From contig JALUVF010000028.1 in NCBI GenBank assembly GCA_027020915.1, positions 1 to 62,616 of the forward strand: a stretch of 62,616 bases of DNA, in the 5' to 3' direction. Positions 8,432 to 16,434 of the stretch are shown piece after piece. Each line of letters opens with the position of its first letter. The first letter of the stretch is position 1. Position numbers and translations under genes: made by a program. The notes beneath the pieces were generated by a model. The model did not search any database and was not told where the DNA came from. It was given only the letters and a program-made list of their open reading frames with translations. Origin of the DNA: a bacterium. Its GTDB lineage: Bacteria > Thermosulfidibacterota > Thermosulfidibacteria > Thermosulfidibacterales > B14-G1.

Positions 8432-9190
8432 CTAATCCCCGTAACCCATAAGACTGGAAATCTCCCTGGCCCTCCTGCACAGGGCCTCTATGAATGAACG
8501 CCTCAGGGCTTCGTCCTTGAACCTTATCTCTGGAACGGCCAGGCTCATGGAAGCCAGCAGCTCCCCCCCGAACCCCAGGATGGGAGCGCTCAGGGCCCCC
8601 AGGCCGTCCACCCTCTCGGAGAAGCTCTCGGCGTATCCCTGGGCCCTCACCCTCTCCAGCTCCTCCAGGAGCCTCTCCCTGTCCACTATGGTGTTGACGG
8701 AGATGGGCTCCAGCCTGGTCCTCTCCAGGTACTCCCGGACAAAGGGCTCGGGGGAAAAGGCCAGAAGGCACTTGGAGGAAGCCCCGGCGTAGAGGGGGGA
8801 TCGGCTACCCACGGGCATTCGGGCCATGAGGGGCTGGGAAGACTCAATGCTCTCGATGCATATCCTCTCGTAGCCGTCTATGATGTTGAGGTGGACCGTC
8901 TCTCCCGTCTCCCGGGCCAGCTTCTGCATGTAGGGGTAGGCTATTTTGGCGATCTCCAGGCTCTCCACCACCAGATTGGCCAGTTTCAGGAATACGGTGC
9001 CCAGCATGTATTTCTTTGTCTCGGGGTCCTGGCGCAGAAACCCCTTTCTTTTCAACACGGTGGCCAGCCTGTGAACGGTCCCGGGGGAAAGGGAGAGGAG
9101 CTTGGCCATTTCATGGATGCCGCAGCTTTTCCTCTCCTCGTCGAAGAGCAGGAGGATCTCCAAAGCCTTATCAACGGAAGTACGGGCCAT
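8432..9190 (-). CDS. IclR family transcriptional regulator
   Basis: The 252-aa product has an N-terminal wHTH (VDKALEILLLFDEE...GIHEMAKLLSLSPGTVHRLATVLKRKGFLRQD) and a C-terminal IclR effector domain (SLAVPI-like LSAPILGFGGELLASMSLAVP). Confidence 0.9.
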   Translation of the reverse strand: MARTSVDKALEILLLFDEERKSCGIHEMAKLLSLSPGTVHRLATVLKRKGFLRQDPETKKYMLGTVFLKLANLVVESLEIAKIAYPYMQKLARETGETVHLNIIDGYERICIESIESSQPLMARMPVGSRSPLYAGASSKCLLAFSPEPFVREYLERTRLEPISVNTIVDRERLLEELERVRAQGYAESFSERVDGLGALSAPILGFGGELLASMSLAVPEIRFKDEALRRSFIEALCRRAREISSLMGYGD

Positions 9191-9199
9191 TTGGCCAGT

Positions 9200-9228
9200 A
9201 GTCTAAAAGGCTTCCCCCCAAAGGTCAA
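9200..9228 (-). promoter_or_regulatory. sigma70-like promoter of the iclR gene (TTGACC-N17-TAGACT); predicts a leaderless or near-leaderless mRNA
   Basis: On the minus strand, TTGACC is at 9228-9223, the spacer is 17 nt and TAGACT is at 9205-9200. The ATG at 9190 lies only 9 nt after the -10 element and has no SD sequence. Confidence 0.4.
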
Positions 9229-9300
9229 CGAAGCCCCCGCCCTTCGATGCTCCCCATCATTGGGGCCCGGAGGGTGACCGTCGAAACGGAAAATTCCCCC

Positions 9301-10395
9301 TCACCCCCGGGCCATCTCCTCCAGCCGGGAGGTGAACACCTCCAGATCCCTTTCCAGGGATGGATCCTGAACCACCAACCTCTCTCTTATCTTGGACCAC
9401 AGGCCCAGGAGTTCATCCCGGGAAAAGCGATCCCCCCCTCCGGGGAATCCCCCCTTGAAGATCACGGGAGGCTGGTCCCGGTGGTCCAGGAGGAGTTTCA
9501 AGACATCGCTCCTGGCGTAGTGGCCCACGGCATCCACCATGTGCTTGGCATCCCTTATGAGATCCAGATCTATCTCCCCCACGGCCATACCTTCCTGGTT
9601 CTCAATGGGACCGGCCACATAGTTTCCCAGGGGGTCCACTATCCCCGCAATACCCCCTCCAGGGGAGAGAATGCCCTTGTTGGCAGGGTCCAGCTCCAAG
9701 TAGAACTCCACCTCCTCCTGGCTCATGCAGGAGGAAGAGAACACGGCAAACACCTGGCCCTCGAAGGCCGTGTGCCTCATGGCCGCATCAATGATCCTGG
9801 ACCTGTCCCTGGGCTGGCTCTTGAAGTTGGCCCCGGGCCAGTTGGCAATGTGGATCTCCTCCCCCAGGGCATATAGGGCGAAGCGGGCCAGGGGCATGGA
9901 GTGCTCGTAACAGATGAGGCCCCCCATCTTTCCCAGGTCCGTGTCAAACACCTTGAGGTCACCACCGTAACCCCACCCCCAGATGGTTCGCTCCTCCCCC
10001 GTGGGCATCAGCTTTCTTCTCCTGCCCAGGAGCCTGCCCCTATCGTCAATGAAGAGCTGGGAATTGTACAGGGTACCTCCATGCCTCTCGTTTATGCCCA
10101 CCACCATGAAGATGGATAAACGGGCAGCAGCCTGGCAGAGCCTCTCCACATCGGGCCCCGGCACCTCCAGGGCATTCTCGTAGAGGTAACGGAAGAGCTC
10201 CAGCTTCTTGGGGTTGTTTATCCCCATCCACACCCACCAGGGATAGTAGGGGATGTAGGTCTCGGGAAAGACCACCAGCCTGGCCTCCTGGGACGCCGCC
10301 TCCCCCGCCATTTCAACCATCTTGTTGAGGGTCCCTTCCTTGTCCATCCACACGGGAGCAGCCAGAACCGCCGCCGCCTTGAACCTCTTTCCCAT
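9301..10395 (-). CDS. nitrilase (carbon-nitrogen hydrolase superfamily, branch 1)
   Basis: The 364-aa product begins FKAAAVLAAPVWMDKEGTLNK. The catalytic contexts are LVVFPETYIPYYPWW (Glu), RRKLMPT (Lys) and GGLICYEHSMPL (Cys). It has the C-terminal extension typical of true nitrilases. Confidence 0.9.
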   Translation of the reverse strand: MGKRFKAAAVLAAPVWMDKEGTLNKMVEMAGEAASQEARLVVFPETYIPYYPWWVWMGINNPKKLELFRYLYENALEVPGPDVERLCQAAARLSIFMVVGINERHGGTLYNSQLFIDDRGRLLGRRRKLMPTGEERTIWGWGYGGDLKVFDTDLGKMGGLICYEHSMPLARFALYALGEEIHIANWPGANFKSQPRDRSRIIDAAMRHTAFEGQVFAVFSSSCMSQEEVEFYLELDPANKGILSPGGGIAGIVDPLGNYVAGPIENQEGMAVGEIDLDLIRDAKHMVDAVGHYARSDVLKLLLDHRDQPPVIFKGGFPGGGDRFSRDELLGLWSKIRERLVVQDPSLERDLEVFTSRLEEMARG

Positions 10396-10409
10396 AGCCC
10401 CCTCCTTAA

Positions 10410-10424
10410 TTCCGTATTATGGAA
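10410..10424. promoter_or_regulatory. candidate IclR operator: palindrome TTCCGTATTATGGAA
   Basis: An inverted repeat TTCC-N7-GGAA with an AT-rich centre lies 15 nt upstream of the nitrilase ATG, overlapping a CATAAT -10-like hexamer on the minus strand. A related TTCGTATAT is seen at 10631-10639 next to the opposite promoter. Confidence 0.3.
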
Positions 10425-10610
10425 CGCAAGTTTGACATTCAGAATACATGGGTGAAAGTGAACTGTCAACGGGACACCCAACGGCCAGGGTAAGGACCAG
10501 GCGTCTTCCCCCGGCCACCCTGGCAGCCCCTGGCGGCTGTTGAGGCCTGGACTGGAAAGACCGGGGCCCCGGCCCTTGACACGGAGACCATTCCTGGGAT
10601 AGGAAAGCGT

Positions 10611-10639
10611 TTGGATTTTCTGAATATCATTTCGTATAT
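10611..10639 (+). promoter_or_regulatory. sigma70-like promoter for the CoA-transferase/gcdH operon (TTGGAT-N17-GTATAT)
   Basis: TTGGAT is at 10611-10616, the spacer is 17 nt and GTATAT is at 10634-10639. An AAAGGGG RBS precedes ATG 10657. Confidence 0.35.
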
Positions 10640-10656
10640 CAAAACAAAGGGGCGTC

Positions 10657-11859
10657 ATGCTGGAAGGTGTACTGGTCCTGGATCTCTCCAGGGTGCTGGC
10701 AGGGCCCCTGGCCACCATGATCCTCTCGGACCTGGGGACCAGGGTGATAAAGGTGGAACATCCCGGGGGAGGGGACGAAACCCGGGGATGGGGTCCCCCC
10801 TGGTTCCACGGCGAAAGCGCCTACTACCTGTGCGTCAACAGAAACAAGGAGAGCGTGGCCCTGAACCTGGATCACCCCAAAGGCCGGGAGATAGCCCTGG
10901 CTTTGGCCAGAAGGGCCCACGTCCTGGTGGAGAACTTCAAGGTGGGGGGCCTGGCAAAGTACGGACTGGACTATCCATCGGTGAAGAGGGTGAATCCCTC
11001 CATAATCTACTGTTCCATCACAGGCTACGGCCAGGATGGACCCTACAGGGACCGGGCAGGGTACGACTTCATTATCCAGGGGATGTCGGGACTCATGAGC
11101 ATCACGGGGGAAGCCCAGGGCCCTCCCGTGAAGGTGGGAGTGGCCATCACCGACGTCATTGCCGGCCTCTACGCCGCCACAGCCATCCTGGCCGCCCTCC
11201 ATAAAAAGAAGGCTAGGGGGGAGGGGGAGCACATAGACATCTCTCTCCTGGATACGGCCATATCGGCCCTGGTAAACGTGGCCAGCAACTACCTGGTGTC
11301 GGGAGATCCCCCCAAAAGATACGGCAACGCCCATCCCAACATCGTACCCTATGAGACCTTCCGGGCCTCCGACGGGTTCTTCAACCTGGGGGTGGGAAAC
11401 GACCATCAGTTCCAGAGGCTCTGCCGGGTCCTGGGGATGGAAGAAGTGGCCCAGGACCCCCGATTCTCCACCAACGCCAAAAGGGTGGAACACAGGGAGG
11501 AACTGGTTCCCCTCCTCAACCAGGCCTTCTCCCGAAAACCGGTGAATCACTGGCTGGAGGTGCTCTCCAGAGAGAAGATACCCTGCGGCCCCATATACAC
11601 CCTCCCCCAGGTCTTCTCGGACCCCCACGTCCGGGCCAGGGGGATGGTGTGGGAGTTGCCCCACCTGGGGGACGTACTGAAGCTGGTGGCTTCCCCCCTG
11701 AAGTTCCAGGAGGAGGTGAGAACCCCTTCCCCTCCCCCCCTCCTGGGGGAGCACACCGGAAAGGTCCTGAAGGAGTTTTTGGGAATGGGAGACGGAGAAA
11801 TTGAGGCCCTGGCCAGAGAGGGGGCCGTGGCCATAAACCAGAAGGAGGTAGCACCATGA
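10657..11859 (+). CDS. family III CoA-transferase (CaiB/BaiF family; glutarate/succinyl-CoA transferase-like)
   Basis: The 400-aa product begins LEGVLVLDLSRVLAGPLATMILSDLGTRVIKVEHPGGGDETRGWGPP and continues ...YYLCVNRNKESVALNL...GGLAKYGLDY, the canonical family III N-terminal region. It overlaps the next gene via ATGA. Confidence 0.9.
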   Translation: MLEGVLVLDLSRVLAGPLATMILSDLGTRVIKVEHPGGGDETRGWGPPWFHGESAYYLCVNRNKESVALNLDHPKGREIALALARRAHVLVENFKVGGLAKYGLDYPSVKRVNPSIIYCSITGYGQDGPYRDRAGYDFIIQGMSGLMSITGEAQGPPVKVGVAITDVIAGLYAATAILAALHKKKARGEGEHIDISLLDTAISALVNVASNYLVSGDPPKRYGNAHPNIVPYETFRASDGFFNLGVGNDHQFQRLCRVLGMEEVAQDPRFSTNAKRVEHREELVPLLNQAFSRKPVNHWLEVLSREKIPCGPIYTLPQVFSDPHVRARGMVWELPHLGDVLKLVASPLKFQEEVRTPSPPPLLGEHTGKVLKEFLGMGDGEIEALAREGAVAINQKEVAP

Positions 11860-13022
11860 TAAAGGGCCTGGACTTCATGCTCATGGAGGAATTCCTGGCA
11901 GAGGAAGAGAAGATCATCAGGGACACCACCAGGAGGTTCGTGGAAAATGAGGTCCTTCCCATCATTGAAGACCACTACGACAGAGGCACCTTCCCCGGGG
12001 AACTCATACCCAAAATCGCCCAGCTGGGCCTGCTGGGCATCACCACTCCCCCCGAGTACGGAGGGGCCGGGGCCAGCTACTTCTCCTACGGGCTGGCATG
12101 CCAGGAACTGGAGTGGTGCGACAGCGGTCTCAGGAGCTTTGTATCCGTCCAGAACTCCCTGTGCATGTACCCCATATACTCCTACGGTTCGGAAGAACAA
12201 AAGAGGAAGTACCTCCCCAGAATGTGCACGGGAGAGATCATCGGCTGCTTCGGCCTCACGGAACCCGATGCCGGCTCAGACCCTGCCAGCATGAGGACCA
12301 CGGCCAAAAAAGCGGATGGAGGCTGGGTCTTAAACGGAAACAAGATGTGGATCACCAACGCTCCCATAGCCCATCTGGCCGTGGTGTGGGCCAAAACCCA
12401 GGAGGGAGTGAGGGGATTCCTGGTGGAGAGGGGTACTCCGGGCTTCGAGACCCCTGAAATAAAGAAAAAGATGTCCCTGCGCTTCTCTCCCACGGGAGAG
12501 ATCGTCCTGGAGGACTGCTTCGTTCCCGAGGAAAACCTCCTGCCTGGAACCACCGTGGGCATGAAGGCCCCCTTCTCCTGCCTCACCAGGGCCCGTTACG
12601 GTATCGCCTGGGGAGCCGTGGGAGCCGCCGCCTTCTGCCTGGAGAAGGCCCTCAACTACACCAAGGAGAGGGTCCAGTTCGGAAGGCCCCTGGCCTCCTT
12701 CCAGCTGGTCCAGAGGGACCTGGCGGACATGTTCACCGAGATCACCAAATGCCAGCTCCTGGTTTATCGCCTGGGCAGGCTCTTCGACCAGGGCAGGGCC
12801 AACCATGTCATGGTCTCCATGGCCAAGAAGACCTGCACCATGATGGCAGCCCAGGTGGCCAGGAAGGCCAGGGAGCTCCTGGGGGGCAACGGCATCAGTC
12901 TGGAGTACCATGTGATCCGCCACCTGTGTAACATGGAGACCACCACCACCTACGAAGGGACGGACAAGATCCACAGCCTCATCATAGGCCGCTATCTCAC
13001 GGGAATAGACGCCTTCAGATAG
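11856..13022 (+). CDS. gcdH: acyl-CoA dehydrogenase, glutaryl-CoA dehydrogenase-like
   Basis: The 388-aa product contains GCFGLTEPDAGSDPASMRTTAKKADGGWVLNGNKMWITNAPIAHLAVVWAKT, which closely resembles the GcdH signature (LTEP.HGSDP..M...A....GGY.L.G.K.WITN.PIAD..VVWAK). The C-terminus reads YEGTDKIHSLIIGR. Confidence 0.85.
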   Translation: MIKGLDFMLMEEFLAEEEKIIRDTTRRFVENEVLPIIEDHYDRGTFPGELIPKIAQLGLLGITTPPEYGGAGASYFSYGLACQELEWCDSGLRSFVSVQNSLCMYPIYSYGSEEQKRKYLPRMCTGEIIGCFGLTEPDAGSDPASMRTTAKKADGGWVLNGNKMWITNAPIAHLAVVWAKTQEGVRGFLVERGTPGFETPEIKKKMSLRFSPTGEIVLEDCFVPEENLLPGTTVGMKAPFSCLTRARYGIAWGAVGAAAFCLEKALNYTKERVQFGRPLASFQLVQRDLADMFTEITKCQLLVYRLGRLFDQGRANHVMVSMAKKTCTMMAAQVARKARELLGGNGISLEYHVIRHLCNMETTTTYEGTDKIHSLIIGRYLTGIDAFR

Positions 13023-13065
13023 GTCTTTGCCACCGTTGGTCATGGCTGATGGCCGATTATAAGGC

Positions 13066-13842
13066 CTAGAAAAGACCTTCCGAAACCTCCCTCAAAAGGG
13101 GGAAAAGGGCCCCGTTGGAGGCCACAAGCCAGCCCGAAAGCCAGGGCTTGTTCCCCAATCCCATGACCTGGCCCCCTCCCTCCAGGACCATGAGGCCCCC
13201 GGCGGCCACGTCCCAGGGGGAGAGATCCATGTAAAAGAGGCCGTCGTACCGGCCACAGGCCACGTAACAGAGGTCCAGGGCGGCGGAACCCGTGTGGCGC
13301 AGGGCCATGCCCCTCAAATAGGCCGCCCTGTAAAAGGCCAGGAGCCTCTCCAGATGCTCCCGCCCCCTGTAGGGCAGGCCCATGGCCACCACGGCCCGGG
13401 AGGGGTGGTACACGGAGGAGACGGAAACCCTGGAGCCGTTAAACCACACCCCTTTCCCCCTGGCGGCGTGGAAAAACTCCTCCTCCACCGGGGCGTAGGT
13501 GACTCCCAGGGAGATCCGGCCCTCCTCCATAAAGGCCAGGGTGACGGCAAAGTGGGGGATGGAGTGGATGAAGCTCCTGGTGCCGTCCAGGGGATCCACG
13601 ATCCAGCCCGTGGAAGGAACATCCTCACCGTGGAAGTGCTCCTCGGAGAGGACAGGGACTCCGGGAGTGAGGCGGGAGAGTTCCTGGAGGATCCAGTCCT
13701 CCACCTCCCTGTCCACCCGGGTGACGAAATCGCTGGGGCCCTTCTCCTCCACCTCCAGGGTCTTCCCCTGAACCATCTCCAGGAACCGCTGTCTCAAGAG
13801 GTCCCCGGCCCCCCTGGCCACCATGAGGGCGGCCTCAAACAT
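13066..13842 (-). CDS. suhB: inositol monophosphatase family protein (SuhB-like)
   Basis: Starting at the internal ATG 13842, the product is MFEAALMVARGAGDLL...KGPSDFVTRVDREVE...VLSEE...WIVDPLDGTRSFIH...WDVAAG, covering all IMPase motifs. The 90-aa upstream extension of the ORF is Gly/Arg/Pro-rich and overlaps rng. The ATG shares one nt with the rng TGA (TGATG). Confidence 0.85.
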   Translation of the reverse strand: MFEAALMVARGAGDLLRQRFLEMVQGKTLEVEEKGPSDFVTRVDREVEDWILQELSRLTPGVPVLSEEHFHGEDVPSTGWIVDPLDGTRSFIHSIPHFAVTLAFMEEGRISLGVTYAPVEEEFFHAARGKGVWFNGSRVSVSSVYHPSRAVVAMGLPYRGREHLERLLAFYRAAYLRGMALRHTGSAALDLCYVACGRYDGLFYMDLSPWDVAAGGLMVLEGGGQVMGLGNKPWLSGWLVASNGALFPLLREVSEGLF

Positions 13843-15353
13843 CAATTCATCCTCTTCACCTGGAACTGCTCCTGGTGAAAGTCGGGCCTTTCCATAACCT
13901 GCACCTTGACCTTCAGGGCCTTCTCCAGCTCCTCCAGGGTATCCCCCTCTTCCTCCACCAGGGCCTTGGCCACGGCGGGATGGACCTCTACGGACATCCT
14001 CCCCCCCCGGGCCAGAGCGGAGATCCTCTTCACCTCCCGGAAGATCTCGTAGCAGATGACCAACGGGGGCTTCATATACCCCCTTCCCCCGCAGTAGGGA
14101 CAGGGCCCGCACAGGGTCTTGAGGAGGCTCTCCTTCACCCTCTTCCTGGTCATTATGACCAGACCCAGCTCGGTGAAACCCTGGATGTTGGAGGGGTAGC
14201 GGTCCTTCTTCAGGGCGTTGTCCAGGGTCTCCAGGACCTGGCGGCGGTGTTCCTCCTCCTCCATGTCTATGAAATCAATGATAATTATACCCCCGATGTT
14301 CCTGAGCCGGATCTGATGGGCAATCTCCCGGGCCGCCTCCAGATTGGTCCTGAAGATGGTGTCCTCCAGGCACTTCCTGCCCACGTATCGGCCCGTGTTC
14401 ACATCTATGGCCGTCAAGGCCTCCGTCTCCTCTATCACTATGTAGCCCCCGGACTTGAGCCACACCTTGGGTTGGAGGGCCTTGTTGATCTCCTCCTCGA
14501 TGCCGTAGTGTTCAAAAACGGGCTCCGGACCCCGGTAGAGCATGATCCGAGAGGCCAGTTGGGGCAGGTATTCCCGGGCAAACCCCAGGCATCTCTGGAA
14601 CTCCTCTTCAGCGTCTATAACCAGGGAGGTCACCTCCGGGGAAAAGAAGTCCCGCACCGCCCTGAGCACCAGATCCAGATCCTTGTACAGGAGGGAAGGG
14701 GCCCTCGTCTTCTCCCCCTTGATCCTGATGGACTCCCAGAGGCGCAGGAGAAACTCCATGTCCTGCCTCAGATCCTCTTCCCCCTTTCCCTCGCTCACGG
14801 TGCGGACGATGAAACCCATCTGGGCGGGCCTGATCTTCTCCACAATGGCCTTGAGCCTCTTGCGCTCATCCTTGTTGCGGATGCGCCGGGAGACCCCCAC
14901 GTGGTTCATGGTGGGCATAAGGACCAGGTAACGACCGGGAAGGGTGATGTGGGATGTGAGCCTGGGACCCTTGGAACCCAGGGGCTCCTTGGCCACCTGG
15001 ACCACCACCTCCTGCCCCTCGGTGAGAAGGTCCTCTATGGGAGAACCCTTCCTGGGCCTGGGTACGGCAGGAGGCTCCGCCTCTATCTCCCCCTCCTCCT
15101 CCAGAATGTCATCGTACATCTCAAAGCCTTCAAAGACATCGGTGACGTAGAGAAACCCCGCCCTTCCCAGACCGATGTCCACGAAGGCCGCCTCCATGCC
15201 CGGAAGGATCTTCACCACCCTTCCCTTGTATATGTTCCCCGCTATGCCCCGCTCGCCCCTGCGTTCTATGTAGATCTCGCTGAGACCCCAGTCGTCCAGA
15301 ATGGCCACACGGGTCTCTTTGAGATCAGCATTCACCACAATGCTGCTGCTCAC
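13842..15353 (-). CDS. rng: ribonuclease G/E family endoribonuclease
   Basis: The 503-aa product has an N-terminal S1 domain (GNIYKGRVVKILPGMEAAFVDIGLGRAGFLYV) and an RNase E/G catalytic core (LTAIDVNTGRYVG...NIGGIIIIDFIDM). Confidence 0.9.
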   Translation of the reverse strand: MSSSIVVNADLKETRVAILDDWGLSEIYIERRGERGIAGNIYKGRVVKILPGMEAAFVDIGLGRAGFLYVTDVFEGFEMYDDILEEEGEIEAEPPAVPRPRKGSPIEDLLTEGQEVVVQVAKEPLGSKGPRLTSHITLPGRYLVLMPTMNHVGVSRRIRNKDERKRLKAIVEKIRPAQMGFIVRTVSEGKGEEDLRQDMEFLLRLWESIRIKGEKTRAPSLLYKDLDLVLRAVRDFFSPEVTSLVIDAEEEFQRCLGFAREYLPQLASRIMLYRGPEPVFEHYGIEEEINKALQPKVWLKSGGYIVIEETEALTAIDVNTGRYVGRKCLEDTIFRTNLEAAREIAHQIRLRNIGGIIIIDFIDMEEEEHRRQVLETLDNALKKDRYPSNIQGFTELGLVIMTRKRVKESLLKTLCGPCPYCGGRGYMKPPLVICYEIFREVKRISALARGGRMSVEVHPAVAKALVEEEGDTLEELEKALKVKVQVMERPDFHQEQFQVKRMN

Positions 15354-15466
15354 CCCTCACCTCCCTTGACCGTGGGTTATGTAGTCTATAAGAAATATTC
15401 CTGTCAAATTGGCCCCTCAGGGAGGAGGCTTATCTGGAGGACAGGCGGTACAAAAGGATAGGCGAG

Positions 15467-15760
15467 GTGAGCCGTATCACGGGCCTGGCTCCCTCCGTCC
15501 TGCGCTTCTGGGAGAAGGAATTCCCCCAACTGAGTCCTTTGAAGAAGGGGGGGCAACGCCTATACAGCCCCAGGGACGTGGAACTCATCATGAAGATCAA
15601 GCACCTAGTCTATGAGAAAGGCTTCACTCTGGATGGGGCCCGACGGGAACTCTCCCTCATACCCCAGAAGAGGGCCCGTTCCCTGGAGATCGTCTTCGGG
15701 CTGGAGGGGATCAAAGAGGAACTGAAAGAGATCCAGAGACTCCTTAAGGAAGAGCCATGA
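15467..15760 (+). CDS. MerR family transcriptional regulator (small)
   Basis: The HTH is (IGE)VSRITGLAPSVLRFWEKEFPQLSPLKKGGQRLYSPRDVELIMKIKHLVYEKGFTLDGARR. The only canonical in-frame start is GTG 15467. The in-frame upstream codons YKRIGE look like part of the MerR HTH, so the true start is uncertain. Confidence 0.75.
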   Translation: MSRITGLAPSVLRFWEKEFPQLSPLKKGGQRLYSPRDVELIMKIKHLVYEKGFTLDGARRELSLIPQKRARSLEIVFGLEGIKEELKEIQRLLKEEP

Positions 15761-16434
15761 GCCCCATACTGGAAGCCAGGGACATCCACAAGAGCTACAA
15801 GAGGGACTCGGCTCCCCCTGTAGAGGTACTCCGGGGCATCTCTTTGAAAATCGCGGCCGGGGAGTTCGTGGCCGTCATGGGACCATCGGGAGCCGGGAAA
15901 TCCACCCTCCTCCACATCCTGGGACTCATAGACAGGCCCAGCCGGGGGGAACTGCTGCTGAAGGATGAAAAGACCCACGAGATGGACGAGAGGGCGCGGG
16001 CGGCTTTGAGGAACAGATTCCTGGGATTCGTGTTCCAGGCCCACTACCTGCTGCCCGAATTCACGGCCCTGGAGAACGTAGCCATTCCTCTAATCATCGG
16101 GGGATGGGAGCCCCGCAAGGCCCGGGAAAAGGCCGCCCAGGTCCTGGAACGGGTGGGACTGGGCCATAGACTCCACCACAAGCCCAGCGAGCTCTCCGGT
16201 GGAGAACAGCAGAGGGTGGCCGTTGCCCGGGCCCTGGCCAACGATCCCGCCCTCCTCCTGGCCGACGAACCCACGGGCAACCTGGACAGGGAGACGGGGC
16301 TCCAGCTCATGGACCTCCTTCTGGAACTCCATCGGGAGAGGGGGACGACGGTCATCATGGTGACCCATGATCCCCTCCTGGCCTCCAAGGCCCAGCGGAT
16401 TCTGAAGCTGGTGGACGGCAGGATAGAGGCCTAG
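15757..16434 (+). CDS. ABC transporter ATP-binding protein, LolD/MacB/FtsE-type (no permease gene adjacent)
   Basis: The 225-aa product has Walker A (GPSGAGKSTLLH), the signature LSGGEQQRVAVARAL, Walker B (LLLADEPTGNLD) and H-loop (VTHD). The LRNRFLGFVFQAHYLLPEFTALENV segment is typical of the LolD/MacB clade. It overlaps the merR gene via ATGA. Confidence 0.85.
   Translation: MSPILEARDIHKSYKRDSAPPVEVLRGISLKIAAGEFVAVMGPSGAGKSTLLHILGLIDRPSRGELLLKDEKTHEMDERARAALRNRFLGFVFQAHYLLPEFTALENVAIPLIIGGWEPRKAREKAAQVLERVGLGHRLHHKPSELSGGEQQRVAVARALANDPALLLADEPTGNLDRETGLQLMDLLLELHRERGTTVIMVTHDPLLASKAQRILKLVDGRIEA

Noticed and set aside
10639-11754. A 371-aa minus-strand ORF antisense to the CoA-transferase gene. 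Similar long antisense ORFs occur at 7815-8771, 47705-48598, 49607-50653, 50681-51787, 56282-57409, 58035-59087 and 58994-59962.
   Set aside because: Each lies opposite a gene with strong family-level motifs and an RBS. Their compositions are Gly/Pro/His/Arg-rich and lack starts with an RBS.
13843-14112. N-terminal extensions of several track ORFs: suhB 13843-14112, yqeY 5501-5614, CDP-alcohol transferase 27010-27192, rny 41243-41389, xseA 44478-44585, ruvA 29579-29707, rpsB 50687-50728, livK 56054-56104
   Set aside because: The extensions overlap the preceding gene, are Gly/Pro/Arg-rich and lack homology. Internal starts have good RBSs, often form ATGA or TGATG coupling with the upstream stop, and give canonical family N-termini.
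13875-15461. A 528-aa plus-strand ORF antisense to rng
   Set aside because: The opposite strand encodes a full-length RNase G with S1 and catalytic motifs. The antisense product is rich in Leu, Pro, Gly and His with no motifs.
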